A stretch of DNA of 64,000 nucleotides from the NCBI GenBank assembly GCA_964434285.1, contig CAYSUJ010000001.1, positions 33,913-97,912 on the forward strand. The letters are read 5' to 3'. Below are positions 55,183-64,000 of this stretch, one piece after another. Origin of the DNA: an uncultured Candidatus Saccharibacteria bacterium (GTDB lineage Bacteria; Patescibacteriota; Minisyncoccia; Phycocordibacterales; UBA2100). The notes beneath the pieces were generated by a model. That model made no database searches, was not told where the DNA came from, and saw only the letters and a list, made by a program, of their open reading frames with translations. Made by a program: the position numbers and the translations under genes. How positions within the stretch are numbered: position 1 is the first letter of the stretch; each line of letters opens with the position of its first letter.

Positions 55183-55800
55183 TCACTTGTCGACAGCGCG
55201 CCATAGATACCACGATGCAATCGATGCATATGCGCGCCACGGGCGGGCAAGCTTCTCCATCTCCGCATGCGTGGGAAGCGACTTTAGATTGTAGACTTTC
55301 TGAAAGCCCTTTTTGATGCCGAGATCACCAGTCGGCAGGATATCGAGGCGGTGAAGTGTAAATATTAATACCATATGCGCTGTCCAGATGCCCACGCCTT
55401 TTATTTGCACAAAATGCTCAATGATTTCTTCGCTCGTCATTTTGGGGAAGCGTCGCGGGTTCACCGTACCGTCAGCGAACTTCAGGGCGGCGTCTCGCAG
55501 ATAGGCAATCTTCTGTGCGGAGTAACCGCAGGCACGAAGCTCCGCATCTGAAAGTGCAAGAAGTCGCGCGGGCGTCGGCGTTTTTCGCGGAAAGAGTTCT
55601 GTCGCTCGGCCGTAGATAGCGTCCGCTGCTTTGCCGGAAATCTGCTGATAGGTAACGGAGCGCACAATTGCACCAAACACGCCACCGACTTTCGGAAAGT
55701 AGGTTGAGAAGTCCGGGTAACCATGTGCTCGTATCAAGCGCCTGAATTGTACCTGTTTCGATAGGTGCTTGACAGCGCAGGAGACTTTGGCTTTTGTCAT
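55183..55800 (-). CDS. DNA-3-methyladenine glycosylase II-like (HhH-GPD superfamily)
   Basis: HhH-GPD motif VKGIGIWTAHMVLIFTL...D, consistent with an AlkA-like base-excision glycosylase. Confidence 0.7.
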   Translation of the reverse strand: MTKAKVSCAVKHLSKQVQFRRLIRAHGYPDFSTYFPKVGGVFGAIVRSVTYQQISGKAADAIYGRATELFPRKTPTPARLLALSDAELRACGYSAQKIAYLRDAALKFADGTVNPRRFPKMTSEEIIEHFVQIKGVGIWTAHMVLIFTLHRLDILPTGDLGIKKGFQKVYNLKSLPTHAEMEKLARPWRAYASIASWYLWRAVDK

Positions 55801-55864
55801 GCAGGTACTCTAGTGCAAGTGGCTGCTATTGAGAAGCCGTCGCGCTTCGGCGCGACGGCTTCTG

Positions 55865-56263
55865 TCATGGATGAGACTCCATCACTTCGAGAAATTTTCT
55901 GAGCGCCATCGTGTAGCTCGAGAGGAGTGAGACCAGTCCATCGGTCACGACAGGTTCCTGCAAAGACAAGAAGCCTTCATTTGCCGTGTCGCTCATGTTA
56001 CGGATCTTCTCTTCCGAGTATCCTAGTGCCAAGAGTATGTTGCCGTGCTCGTTGAGGTTTTGCTGTAGTGCCTGCGTCGAAGCGTAGACTCCCGCGATAC
56101 TTGCCATCAAGTTGACGAGCATCTGCCGCAAGGGGAGGAGTCGGTAATATTCTCTATGATTTCGATACCGTTCGACTTCTGAGAACACTCGATACACCTC
56201 TTCAATTTCATCCTCGACCTCACGAGGGACTCCACTTCCGTTAGCGACCATCTGAGTCTCCAT
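55865..56263 (-). CDS. hypothetical protein
   Basis: 132-aa all-helical-looking ORF upstream of the alkA-like gene. Confidence 0.4.
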   Translation of the reverse strand: METQMVANGSGVPREVEDEIEEVYRVFSEVERYRNHREYYRLLPLRQMLVNLMASIAGVYASTQALQQNLNEHGNILLALGYSEEKIRNMSDTANEGFLSLQEPVVTDGLVSLLSSYTMALRKFLEVMESHP

Positions 56264-56356
56264 GTAGCAGAATATTGGACTACGCTACTGTCCTGATATA
56301 TACAACAAAACTCTGTTAAATGCAAGTTCGTGGTTTTGAGCTATAGTTGAGACTCA

Positions 56357-57292
56357 ATGAGCACTATCCTCGTTTCTGGCTCCATCGCATATGACAACAT
56401 CATGGATCTGCCTGGTTTTTTTAAGCATTATTTCCTTCCTGACAAACTCCACACGATTAATGTGAGTTTTGTCGTGCCTGACCACAGAGAGCACTTTGGG
56501 GGCACGGCAGCCAACGTCGCATATTCGCTCTCACTCCTCGGAGAAAAAGCAGACATCATCGCCACGGTGGGGCATGATTTCGAACGTTATCAAAAGTATT
56601 TGGAATTCAAGGGAATATCCACTGAAACTATTCATATCGACCCAGGAAAAAAGACGGCATTTGCGTACATCGTGACGGACAGGGGCGATAACCAGATCGC
56701 TGCGTTCCACCCTGGAGCGAGCGCGGTGCCATATGGTGATGTAAATCCTAAAGGGGGAGCAATCGCACTCATCTCCGCGGGGTGCCTCGACGACATGCGC
56801 ACGCTTCCTGACGTGTATCGAGGGTATGGTACTCGTTTTTTGTTCGATCCCGGCCAATGCATTCCCGCACTCACTGCAGACGACCTTCGCAATGGGATGA
56901 CGGACGCGACTGTGGTTTTTATGAATGACTACGAGTTCGAGCTCATAAAAGTAGCAACAGGTTGGAAAGAGCAAGATATTCTCAAAGTCGCTGAAACCTT
57001 AGTTATTACTCTTGGTGGCCAGGGCTCTCGTGTATTGACGAGAAACGGCGAGACGTTGGTGAAGGCGGTATTCGCGAAAGAGGTTGTTGATCCGACTGGT
57101 GCGGGAGACGCATATCGGGCGGGGTATATCAAAGGGATGACGCTCGGCTGGGCGGCACCTCAGTGCGCACAGCTCGGGAGCACCGCTGCGGCATACTGCG
57201 TTGAAAAAGCCGGTACGCAGGCGCACTCGTTCACCAAAGGCGATCTGCAAGAGCGCTGTGCCTCGAGTTATGGCGAGACAATTTTGCTCTAA
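56357..57292 (+). CDS. PfkB family carbohydrate/nucleoside kinase (adenosine kinase-like)
   Basis: DPTGAGDAY anion-hole motif and an N-terminal GG motif. Adjacent to ahcY, which suggests adenosine salvage. Confidence 0.65.
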   Translation: MSTILVSGSIAYDNIMDLPGFFKHYFLPDKLHTINVSFVVPDHREHFGGTAANVAYSLSLLGEKADIIATVGHDFERYQKYLEFKGISTETIHIDPGKKTAFAYIVTDRGDNQIAAFHPGASAVPYGDVNPKGGAIALISAGCLDDMRTLPDVYRGYGTRFLFDPGQCIPALTADDLRNGMTDATVVFMNDYEFELIKVATGWKEQDILKVAETLVITLGGQGSRVLTRNGETLVKAVFAKEVVDPTGAGDAYRAGYIKGMTLGWAAPQCAQLGSTAAAYCVEKAGTQAHSFTKGDLQERCASSYGETILL

Positions 57293-57309
57293 CTAGCTAT
57301 ACTCTCGCG

Positions 57310-58560
57310 ATGAACTACGACATCATGAATGCGGCTCTTGCTGCACAAGGTAAAAAACGAATCGAATGGGCTGATCGCGACATGCCCGTCCTTCAGAAAG
57401 TGCGGGAGCGATTTGCAAAAGAAAAGCCTCTAAAAGACAAGGTACTCGCCGCGTGTCTGCATGTGACGGCAGAAACCGCAAATCTCGTGCGCACACTTAA
57501 GGCAGGAGGCGCACACGTATATCTCTGCGCGTCGAACCCGCTCTCCACGCAAGATGACGTCGCGGCAGCATTAGTGAAGGAATACGGCATTCCCGTTTTT
57601 GCGCGTAAGGGGGAAGATCGCAAGACGTTCTTCAAACACATCAATGCCGTTCTCGATCAAAAACCGAATCTCACCATGGATGATGGAGCGGATCTCGTTT
57701 CTACACTACATACGAAGCGTAAGGATCTCCTTACCAACATGTATGGAGGCACAGAAGAAACCACGACAGGCGTCATCCGCTTGCGCGCGATGGCGAAAGC
57801 CAAAGCATTGAAGTTCCCAGTCGTTGCAGTGAACGACGCGAAGACAAAAAACATGTTCGACAATCGCTATGGCACGGGGCAGTCCACGCTGGACGGCATC
57901 ATCCGTGCGACCGACATGCTTATTTCGGGGAAAGTATTCGTCGTCGCGGGTTACGGCTGGTGCGGCAAGGGGCTTGCGATGCGTGCGCGGGGTATGGGTG
58001 CAAACGTCATCGTCACAGAAATCGATCCGGTAAAAGCACTTGAGGCCGTGATGGATGGTTTTCGCGTTCTTCCGATGGATGAAGCGGCGAAGGTGGGTGA
58101 TCTTTTCTGCACCGTGACAGGGAACAAAGATATCCTCGTCAAGAAGCACTTCAAATTGATGAAAGACGGTGCCATGATCTGCAACTCAGGACACTTTGAT
58201 GTGGAGATTAATATCGACGATCTTAAGTCGCTCGCTAAGAAAGTCGAAAAGAGCGTGCGCCCGAATGTTGATGGTTACAAAATCGGCGCAAAGACACTCT
58301 ACCTCCTTGCCGAAGGCCGTCTCGTGAATCTTGCTGCGGCAGAAGGGCATCCTGCGAGCGTGATGGATATGAGTTTCGCAACACAAGCACTCGGCTGTGA
58401 GTGGATTGCAAAACAGAAGCGCGCGCCAGAAGTCTACGACATCCCGCAGGAAATCGAGGACGTGGTCTCAACCGTAAAACTCGCTTCGATGGGCGTCAGC
58501 ATGGACGTACTCACGAAAGAACAGGCAGACTATCTCGCTGGTTGGCAGGAGGGTACCTAA
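57310..58560 (+). CDS. ahcY: adenosylhomocysteinase
   Basis: Highly conserved SAHH sequence (HVTAETANL..., NAD-binding GYGWCGKG). Confidence 0.9.
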   Translation: MNYDIMNAALAAQGKKRIEWADRDMPVLQKVRERFAKEKPLKDKVLAACLHVTAETANLVRTLKAGGAHVYLCASNPLSTQDDVAAALVKEYGIPVFARKGEDRKTFFKHINAVLDQKPNLTMDDGADLVSTLHTKRKDLLTNMYGGTEETTTGVIRLRAMAKAKALKFPVVAVNDAKTKNMFDNRYGTGQSTLDGIIRATDMLISGKVFVVAGYGWCGKGLAMRARGMGANVIVTEIDPVKALEAVMDGFRVLPMDEAAKVGDLFCTVTGNKDILVKKHFKLMKDGAMICNSGHFDVEINIDDLKSLAKKVEKSVRPNVDGYKIGAKTLYLLAEGRLVNLAAAEGHPASVMDMSFATQALGCEWIAKQKRAPEVYDIPQEIEDVVSTVKLASMGVSMDVLTKEQADYLAGWQEGT

Positions 58561-58575
58561 TAGAAGGTGCATAAG

Positions 58576-58603
58576 AAAAAGCCGCTTCTCTCGAAGCGGC
58601 TTT
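58576..58603. terminator. bidirectional terminator AAAAAGCCGCTTC-tctc-GAAGCGGCTTT
   Basis: 11-bp stem flanked by an A-run and a T-run, between convergent ahcY and the methyltransferase gene. Confidence 0.6.
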
Positions 58604-58614
58604 AAGGTTCTTCA

Positions 58615-59346
58615 TCATGCGGGCTTTCGTGCGACGACGAGCAAGCGGATCGCGGGATATCGTGAATACTTTTCGTATGCGGCTCGGTCATCATCGGTTG
58701 CTCCTTCAGGAACCTGGGGAAACGAGATTTCCTTTGATTCCTGCACCTCGAAACCTGCGCCACGAACGATTTTCAGAGTATCCTCCACGCTCCGTCGCCA
58801 GTTATCCAGCACGCCACCCCAAGGGGCGCTCGTCTGAAAGTGTCCGTACGTCTGGATCAGATTGCCATCAACATCAGTCATCTTGTCAGGATGCGTCACG
58901 ACAAAACCAAACGTGCCACCGGGTTTTAGTGCCTTGAAGGCTATGGCAGATGCTGACGCTAACTGCCGGTCGTCGAGGTGTTCAAAAACCATGTGCGAGA
59001 ATGCAACGTTAAAGGTGTTCGTGGGGAGTTCAACGCGGGTAATGTCTCCCACGATGAAATTTGCCCCCGGAACAACCTCTTTTGCGATTTTCACCTGATC
59101 GGGGCTGATCTCCACACCCGTGATATTTTCGGGTTTGACCCCGTTCGGGATCAGAAGTCCACGCTCAACACGAGCACTTGCCGAGCCCATGTCGAGGAAT
59201 GTGGCACTCCCATTCCCGTAAAAGGGTTTGAAAATGCTCTCCATCGCAGGCTTACCGACGTACCGCCATGTTGGCAGTGCGTCAGACTTTGCGAATTCTG
59301 AGGCGAACGCATCGTACACGTCGCCCATGTTGATGTTTTCTGTCAT
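58615..59346 (-). CDS. class I SAM-dependent methyltransferase
   Basis: Rossmann motif region VLDMGSASARV ... LKPGG. AAAGG RBS 6 nt upstream of the ATG at 59346. The track ORF extends to 59418. Confidence 0.6.
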   Translation of the reverse strand: MTENINMGDVYDAFASEFAKSDALPTWRYVGKPAMESIFKPFYGNGSATFLDMGSASARVERGLLIPNGVKPENITGVEISPDQVKIAKEVVPGANFIVGDITRVELPTNTFNVAFSHMVFEHLDDRQLASASAIAFKALKPGGTFGFVVTHPDKMTDVDGNLIQTYGHFQTSAPWGGVLDNWRRSVEDTLKIVRGAGFEVQESKEISFPQVPEGATDDDRAAYEKYSRYPAIRLLVVARKPA

Positions 59347-59458
59347 GGTTGCCTTTCTTACCAGTAAAGGACTTAGTGTCCGCATGTGACTATAACGCAT
59401 ATAATCGAATGTATCCAAATATGTCCTTCGTTTCTACACCAAGCATTTTACTTGTATA

Positions 59459-60322
59459 GTGCGCCCTATGCGCCCCGCACACGTCGTCGAGATAGTCACC
59501 CCCAAGAAATTCCTCCTGAGCGGGCTCTGGTTTGGGTCGAGGAAGCCAAAAAGAGCTATCATCTGGATACATGGGCTCGCCAGTTCTGCCTTTTCTAAGC
59601 TCGATATTGTTGAGCAATTGATTGATGCTGATACCGCGGTGCTCACATTCAATAATCGCGGGCACGATACGGTGACGCGGGTGCTGCAGCTCACAAACAA
59701 AAAGAAGACAAAGAAGATTCTTGCCGGCGCCGCGCATGAGGTATTTACAGACTGCATCGACGATATCCAGGGCGCAATCAATCTCGCAAAAAAACAGGGT
59801 GCAAAAAAGATTTATCTTGCAGGACACTCGACAGGTTCGCAGAAATCAGCCTATTTTGCTGCGAAGGTCGGAAAGGGAATTGATGGCATCATTCTCCTCG
59901 CGCCGATGAGCGATTACGCAGGCGCGGTGCATCTCGATGCGAAAGCGGTCGCACGAGGCACCATTCTTGCACGGAAGCTCGCGAAGAAAGGAGGGAAGCA
60001 GACTATCGTGCCTGGTTCATGGATGGGTGCGCAGAGATTCTTATCCCTCAACACTCCTGACAGCGTGGAAGAGATTTTCTCGTATGCTCACCCAGAAAAA
60101 AATCCCAAGACCTACCAATCAGTTAAAGTACCCCTCTTGGTCCTGCTTCCGGAGGAGGATGAATACCGCGACCGTCCGATGGATGAAATCGCTGCATGGT
60201 TTAAGACATATCAGCGATCCCGTCGCTTTGCTCTAAACATCTTTCCCAAAGCGGAACATAGTTTTTCCGGCTTTGAGGCTGAGGTTGCACAAACCATCAG
60301 GCAGTGGATTTCGGCGCTATAA
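59459..60322 (+). CDS. alpha/beta hydrolase
   Basis: GHSTGSQ (GxSxG nucleophile elbow) and overall alpha/beta hydrolase layout. Confidence 0.65.
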   Translation: MRPMRPAHVVEIVTPKKFLLSGLWFGSRKPKRAIIWIHGLASSAFSKLDIVEQLIDADTAVLTFNNRGHDTVTRVLQLTNKKKTKKILAGAAHEVFTDCIDDIQGAINLAKKQGAKKIYLAGHSTGSQKSAYFAAKVGKGIDGIILLAPMSDYAGAVHLDAKAVARGTILARKLAKKGGKQTIVPGSWMGAQRFLSLNTPDSVEEIFSYAHPEKNPKTYQSVKVPLLVLLPEEDEYRDRPMDEIAAWFKTYQRSRRFALNIFPKAEHSFSGFEAEVAQTIRQWISAL

Positions 60323-60330
60323 AAAGTGTG

Positions 60331-60354
60331 CCGCTGGCTTGGGGGCCAGCGGCG
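60331..60354. terminator. hairpin GCCGCTGGC-ttggg-GGCCAGCGGC between convergent genes
   Basis: 9-bp GC stem immediately after the hydrolase stop and before the minus-strand gene stop. Confidence 0.45.
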
Positions 60355-60362
60355 AGTGTCTT

Positions 60363-60872
60363 TCAAGCGGTCTTCATCCAGTCCCTCACGAACGGACGGC
60401 GTGACGGGCGACGCCGTGTTCGCATCGACTGCATGAAGGGGAGATGGGAATAGGGATCCTCCAGACGATCGAGTACGTTCTCGACGGCCCGGGTGGAAGC
60501 AGTCTCCTCCTCGTTTACCTTGCTCCAGTCATCACCCTGATCCAGACCATCCACATGACGCAGGTCGTCTGACCGGCGGCACCCCTCGTCTGGATAATCG
60601 TAGTCTGCGCACTCGTCGTACGAGTAGTCATACCCCCACTCGTATTCATGGTCATCAAGATAGCTGTACGGATCATGGCCGTTGAAGCCATGGGTCGGCT
60701 GATTGGTCGCATACAAGGACCAAAGATCCTCGAGCTCCGCATCTAGATCTTCGAGTTCGCGCGCGACGATTGCGTCGTCGTTCGCATATTCGGGATTCAG
60801 CAGAATCCAGCGATTGTAGCCGTTGGGCTCTTCGCGCTGGACTACGGCGAAAGTCTTCAGATGCTTGGGCAT
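60363..60872 (-). CDS. hypothetical acidic Asp/Tyr/Glu-rich protein
   Basis: 169 aa, strongly acidic, with DYDYPDEG-type repeats. Divergent from the atp operon. Confidence 0.45.
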   Translation of the reverse strand: MPKHLKTFAVVQREEPNGYNRWILLNPEYANDDAIVARELEDLDAELEDLWSLYATNQPTHGFNGHDPYSYLDDHEYEWGYDYSYDECADYDYPDEGCRRSDDLRHVDGLDQGDDWSKVNEEETASTRAVENVLDRLEDPYSHLPFMQSMRTRRRPSRRPFVRDWMKTA

Positions 60873-60981
60873 TTGACCTTTCCTCCAAGTTGTCTGACGT
60901 GTTCAAATCCCGGAATATTATACTAAACACTCAGCCTTTGTCAAACTCTATTTTTTGGCTTTGTTATGCTAATCTAGCGAT

Positions 60982-61806
60982 ATGGCAGTAGAAGGTATAG
61001 CAATCGAGGCGGCAGGACATGCCGCAGAAGCCGCCCTGGCCGGTCAGGCGGTTCATACTGAGGGCGGTATTCACATTGCGCTCGCGGCTGAAAAGCTGGG
61101 TACATTCCTCGGCATCCCTATAACGAACAGCCTTATCACCGCGTGGCTCACCATGGCGCTTCTCATTGTGGTGGGACTCATCATAGGTCGTCGGGCGCAG
61201 CTCGTCCCGACGCGGCTCCAGCTCCTTTTTGAGAGCATGTTTGAGTATGTGTACGACTTCATGACGCAGATTCTCGAGAGTAGGGAAGAGGCGCGGAAAT
61301 ATTTTCCACTCCTCATGACACTGTTTCTTTTTATCTTCATCGCAAACATGTTCCACTTCATCCCGGGCGTGGGCAGCATCACCTACACGGACGCTGCTGG
61401 ACACTCGTATCCACTTTTGCGTGCCCCAAATACTGACCTCAACGTTACGCTCGCGCTCACGATCATTACGGTCACCGTTATCGAGCTTGCGGGGGTTTTC
61501 ACCGTAGGGCTCTGGCGATACACAGGCAAATTCATCAATTTTTCTTCTCCAGTCAATTTTCTCGTCGGGCTTATCGAGCTTGTATCAGAAGCTGGCCGTC
61601 TCGTCTCATTTTCGTTTCGACTTTTTGGCAACATATTTGCCGGTGAAGTACTGATTGCCGTAGTAGTCTTTTTTGTCCCTTACATTTTACCGGTCCCTCT
61701 TATGGCGTTCGAGGTTTTTGTCGGGTTTGTGCAAGCCGCCGTTTTCACAATGCTCGCACTCTTTTTCATCAAACTAGCAATCACTCCGCCTCACGGCGCG
61801 CATTAG
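60982..61806 (+). CDS. atpB: F0F1 ATP synthase subunit a
   Basis: Polytopic protein with the conserved C-terminal helix containing Arg (LVSFSFRLFGNIFAGE). Confidence 0.85.
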   Translation: MAVEGIAIEAAGHAAEAALAGQAVHTEGGIHIALAAEKLGTFLGIPITNSLITAWLTMALLIVVGLIIGRRAQLVPTRLQLLFESMFEYVYDFMTQILESREEARKYFPLLMTLFLFIFIANMFHFIPGVGSITYTDAAGHSYPLLRAPNTDLNVTLALTIITVTVIELAGVFTVGLWRYTGKFINFSSPVNFLVGLIELVSEAGRLVSFSFRLFGNIFAGEVLIAVVVFFVPYILPVPLMAFEVFVGFVQAAVFTMLALFFIKLAITPPHGAH

Positions 61807-61859
61807 GAAATAAGAGTGATTTTGTGCTATATTATTTGCATTATTAAACTGAAAAAAGT

Positions 61860-62087
61860 ATGGAAATTGAATCAGCAAAACTTATTGGAATGGCTCTCGC
61901 AGCAGGTCTCGGTGTTCTTGGTCCTGCAATAGGTGTCGGTATGATAGGTTCTCGCGCAATGGATGCTATTGGTCGCAACCCAGAGGCTTCAGACAAGATC
62001 GTCTCGAACATGATTCTTGCGATCGCGTTCGCAGAAGCGCTCGGTATTTTGGCACTTGTTGTCTCCTTCATCATTAAGTTCGTGTAA
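61860..62087 (+). CDS. atpE: F0F1 ATP synthase subunit c
   Basis: 75-aa hairpin proteolipid with the conserved carboxylate helix (ILAIAFAEALGILALVVSF). Confidence 0.9.
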   Translation: MEIESAKLIGMALAAGLGVLGPAIGVGMIGSRAMDAIGRNPEASDKIVSNMILAIAFAEALGILALVVSFIIKFV

Positions 62088-62100
62088 TCAGGCGGGCTGT

Positions 62101-62550
62101 ATGGGTGACCTTTTCTCAACCTTCGGAGTCGACTGGAGACTGCTCCTCATCCAAGCGGTCAACTTTGGGCTGCTGCTCCTCATACTCTGGCGCTTCCTCT
62201 ACATTCCACTTGTGAAAGTGTTGGATGAGCGCCGCGGGAAAATTGCTGAAAGTGTTGCAAAAGCAGAAGCTGCAGATCGTCGCTTGGTAGAGGCTGATAT
62301 GGAGGGAAAGGCGCTTGTTGCAACGGCAGGCAAAGAAGCAGAAGGCTTGGTTGCCGCTGGACGCTCGCGCGCGGAGACTCAAGCAACAGAAATCCTGAAG
62401 AACACCCAGGCGAAGGCAGATGCGCTCCTTGCAGACGCTACAGCTCGAGCCGAGGAGGCAAAGCGCCAAGCACTTGCGGCGGGAGAGAAAGAAATCGCAC
62501 GCGCAGCCATGCTTGCAGCTGAAAAGATTCTCGAGAAAAAGCACTCATAA
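62101..62550 (+). CDS. atpF: F0F1 ATP synthase subunit b
   Basis: N-terminal TM followed by a long Ala/Glu/Lys/Arg-rich coiled coil. The ATG at 62101 lies inside the longer 62017 track ORF. Confidence 0.8.
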   Translation: MGDLFSTFGVDWRLLLIQAVNFGLLLLILWRFLYIPLVKVLDERRGKIAESVAKAEAADRRLVEADMEGKALVATAGKEAEGLVAAGRSRAETQATEILKNTQAKADALLADATARAEEAKRQALAAGEKEIARAAMLAAEKILEKKHS

Positions 62551-62551
62551 T

Positions 62552-62911
62552 ATGGAAAAACTTTACGCACAGGCACTCTGGAACTTGATACAGAACGGTG
62601 CGGCACCGAAAGAGGCGGTTGGCAAAATCCACACCGCCCTCACTGCGCATGGGCGTTCAGCGCTCATGCCAGCGGTGGGAAAAGCCTTTGAGCGCCTCGC
62701 GCAGCGAGAAGCACAGAAGAACCGTTCTGTTCTTGTCGTTGCGCGAAAGAGTGACGAAGCAAAAGCTCGCAAAGAGAGTGGTGCGAAAGACGCCGAATTG
62801 CGAATCGACGAAACACTCATTGGCGGCTGGCAGCTCTTCGAGAAGGGCGAGTTGCGCGATGAGAGTTGGAAGAGTGCATTGTTATCCATTTATAACCAAG
62901 CAGTTAGATAA
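62552..62911 (+). CDS. atpH: F0F1 ATP synthase subunit delta (short, 119 aa)
   Basis: Position between atpF and atpA. The C-terminal LIGGWQLFEKGELRDESWKSAL resembles the OSCP C-terminus. Unusually short. Confidence 0.65.
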   Translation: MEKLYAQALWNLIQNGAAPKEAVGKIHTALTAHGRSALMPAVGKAFERLAQREAQKNRSVLVVARKSDEAKARKESGAKDAELRIDETLIGGWQLFEKGELRDESWKSALLSIYNQAVR

Positions 62912-62917
62912 ATTAGT

Positions 62918-64000
62918 ATGTCAGACCAATCAATCGTAGAAAAGATCGTGAAGGAGATCGAAGCGCATTCGCCGAAGAGCGAAGGTGTGCACGTGGGGCG
63001 TGTCGCAGCGGTGGGCGACGGCGTCGTCGCGATTGATGGTCTTTCCAAAGCCGTGATGGCCGAAGTTCTTGAATTTGAGGAGACGAAGGGTAAATCCCTC
63101 AAGGATTCCCTCGAACATGAGGGTTCGCTCTACGGCCTCGTGTTGAACCTCGAAGAAGATGGTGTTCGCGCAGTCATTCTTGGGGACTCAGCGCGTGTGA
63201 AAGAGGGAATGACGGTGAAATCCACCGGCAAGATCCTTTCTGTTCCATCAGGTGACGAGCTTCTCGGTCGCGTCGTAAACGCGCTCGGCGAGCCAATCGA
63301 CGGGAAGGGTCCCTTCAAAAAGGCGACTATGATGCCTGTCGAGCGCGAGGCCTACAGCGTCATCCACCGAAAATCCGTTTCGACCCCGCTTCAAACAGGC
63401 ATCAAAGCGATCGACTCAATGATTCCGATTGGTCGCGGTCAGCGCGAACTCATCATTGGTGATCGCTCAACTGGTAAGACAACGGTCGCAATCGACACCA
63501 TCATCAACCAGAAATACGAGCCGAAGGAAAAGCGCCCGGTGTGCGTGTATGTCGCGATTGGTCAGAAGGAATCAAAGACCGCGCGCATCATGCAGCAATT
63601 GAAGGACAACGGCGCGTTTGAATACACGATTATCGTGGACGCTTCGGCTTCCGCGCCTGCAGCACTGCAGTTCCTCGCACCGTTCACCGGTGTTGCGATT
63701 GGCGAATACTTCATGGATCGCGGTCAGGATGTGCTCGTTGTCTATGACGATCTCTCCAAGCAGGCAGTCGCGTATCGTCAGCTCTCGTTGCTCCTCCGTC
63801 GTCCGCCGGGCCGTGAAGCATATCCGGGCGACGTTTTCTACTTGCACTCACGCCTTCTGGAGCGCTCAGCACGTCTTTCTGACGAGAAGGGTGGCGGCTC
63901 TTTGACCGCGCTCCCGATTATCGAGACGCAAGACGGCGATATTTCTGGCTACATTCCAACTAACGTGATCTCCATTACCGATGGTCAGATCTTCTTGGAA
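62918..64000 (+). CDS. atpA: F0F1 ATP synthase subunit alpha, 3'-partial (runs off window end)
   Basis: Hand translation from the ATG at 62918 gives 361 codons with no stop. It contains the P-loop GDRSTGKTT and many conserved alpha-subunit blocks. Absent from the ORF track because no stop lies within the window. Confidence 0.9.
   Translation, partial: MSDQSIVEKIVKEIEAHSPKSEGVHVGRVAAVGDGVVAIDGLSKAVMAEVLEFEETKGKSLKDSLEHEGSLYGLVLNLEEDGVRAVILGDSARVKEGMTVKSTGKILSVPSGDELLGRVVNALGEPIDGKGPFKKATMMPVEREAYSVIHRKSVSTPLQTGIKAIDSMIPIGRGQRELIIGDRSTGKTTVAIDTIINQKYEPKEKRPVCVYVAIGQKESKTARIMQQLKDNGAFEYTIIVDASASAPAALQFLAPFTGVAIGEYFMDRGQDVLVVYDDLSKQAVAYRQLSLLLRRPPGREAYPGDVFYLHSRLLERSARLSDEKGGGSLTALPIIETQDGDISGYIPTNVISITDGQIFLE

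Overview
This 64-kb window is a gene-dense chromosomal segment with a moderately high GC content by eye. Most of it is housekeeping genes. It also carries three tRNAs and several small accessory insertions. I found no CRISPR array, transposase or integrase.

Gene content, in window order:
- serS (5'-partial, running off the left edge) and an ftsQ-like gene.
- dusB-like, dnaX and a SemiSWEET-like PQ-loop transporter.
- tRNA-Gln(TTG) followed by a decayed Nudix gene and a membrane-protein/patatin-phospholipase pair.
- rsuA/rluB-type pseudouridine synthase, obg, and a PAS histidine kinase with a CheY-like receiver.
- Cyclophilin, a YgjP-type metallohydrolase, a GH18 chitinase-like enzyme, an AI-2E transporter and an M29 aminopeptidase.
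- msrB, a SWIB protein, and a divergent ZIP zinc transporter / Fur-family (Zur-like) pair with a Zur-box-like palindrome.
- A YibE/F membrane protein, an MliC-like protein, lysS, an EamA transporter, msrA, a Fic-like protein with a degenerate motif, a zincin-like peptidase and tyrS.
- A compact uvrB-murB-uvrA-uvrC block with small inserted ORFs.
- ddl and tRNA-Ala(TGC, G3:U70) followed by a hairpin array.
- A partly disrupted dcw cluster: mraZ with GTGG-repeat boxes, rsmH, ftsL-like, ftsI, an orphan RHH protein, murF, small ORFs and tRNA-Glu(CTC).
- An ArsR / rhodanese-YgaP / MBL persulfide-dioxygenase-like operon.
- alkA-like, a PfkB kinase, ahcY, a methyltransferase and an alpha/beta hydrolase.
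- The start of an F-type ATP synthase operon (atpB, E, F, H and a 3'-partial atpA).

The most notable locus is about 37.0-46.5 kb. It holds four tandem paralogous secreted proteins of 322-649 aa. Each begins with a SipW-cognate (TasA/CalY-camelysin type) signal peptide, written in P1-P2 as AFFSDTETStGNTFTAGAIDLKIDN. Each has a Cys-containing DDGDN core, and some carry C-terminal CnaB/prealbumin-like domains.

Immediately downstream is a SipW-type signal peptidase of 423 aa, more than twice the usual length. Its C-terminal extension contains a second, internal SipW-cognate signal motif followed by an acidic Ser/Glu/Pro-rich tail.

The cluster is preceded by a GtrA-like gene, two small terminator-bounded ORFs, TCCACA direct repeats with helical phasing, a promoter-like element and strong hairpins. 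Its genes are separated by multiple perfect stem-loops.

This looks like an undescribed SipW-dependent fibre or adhesin system.

Several proteins are unusually short: Obg, UvrC without HhH, ATP synthase delta and gamma/tau. No biosynthetic genes are visible. That pattern is compatible with a reduced, possibly Patescibacteria-like genome, but this is inference only.
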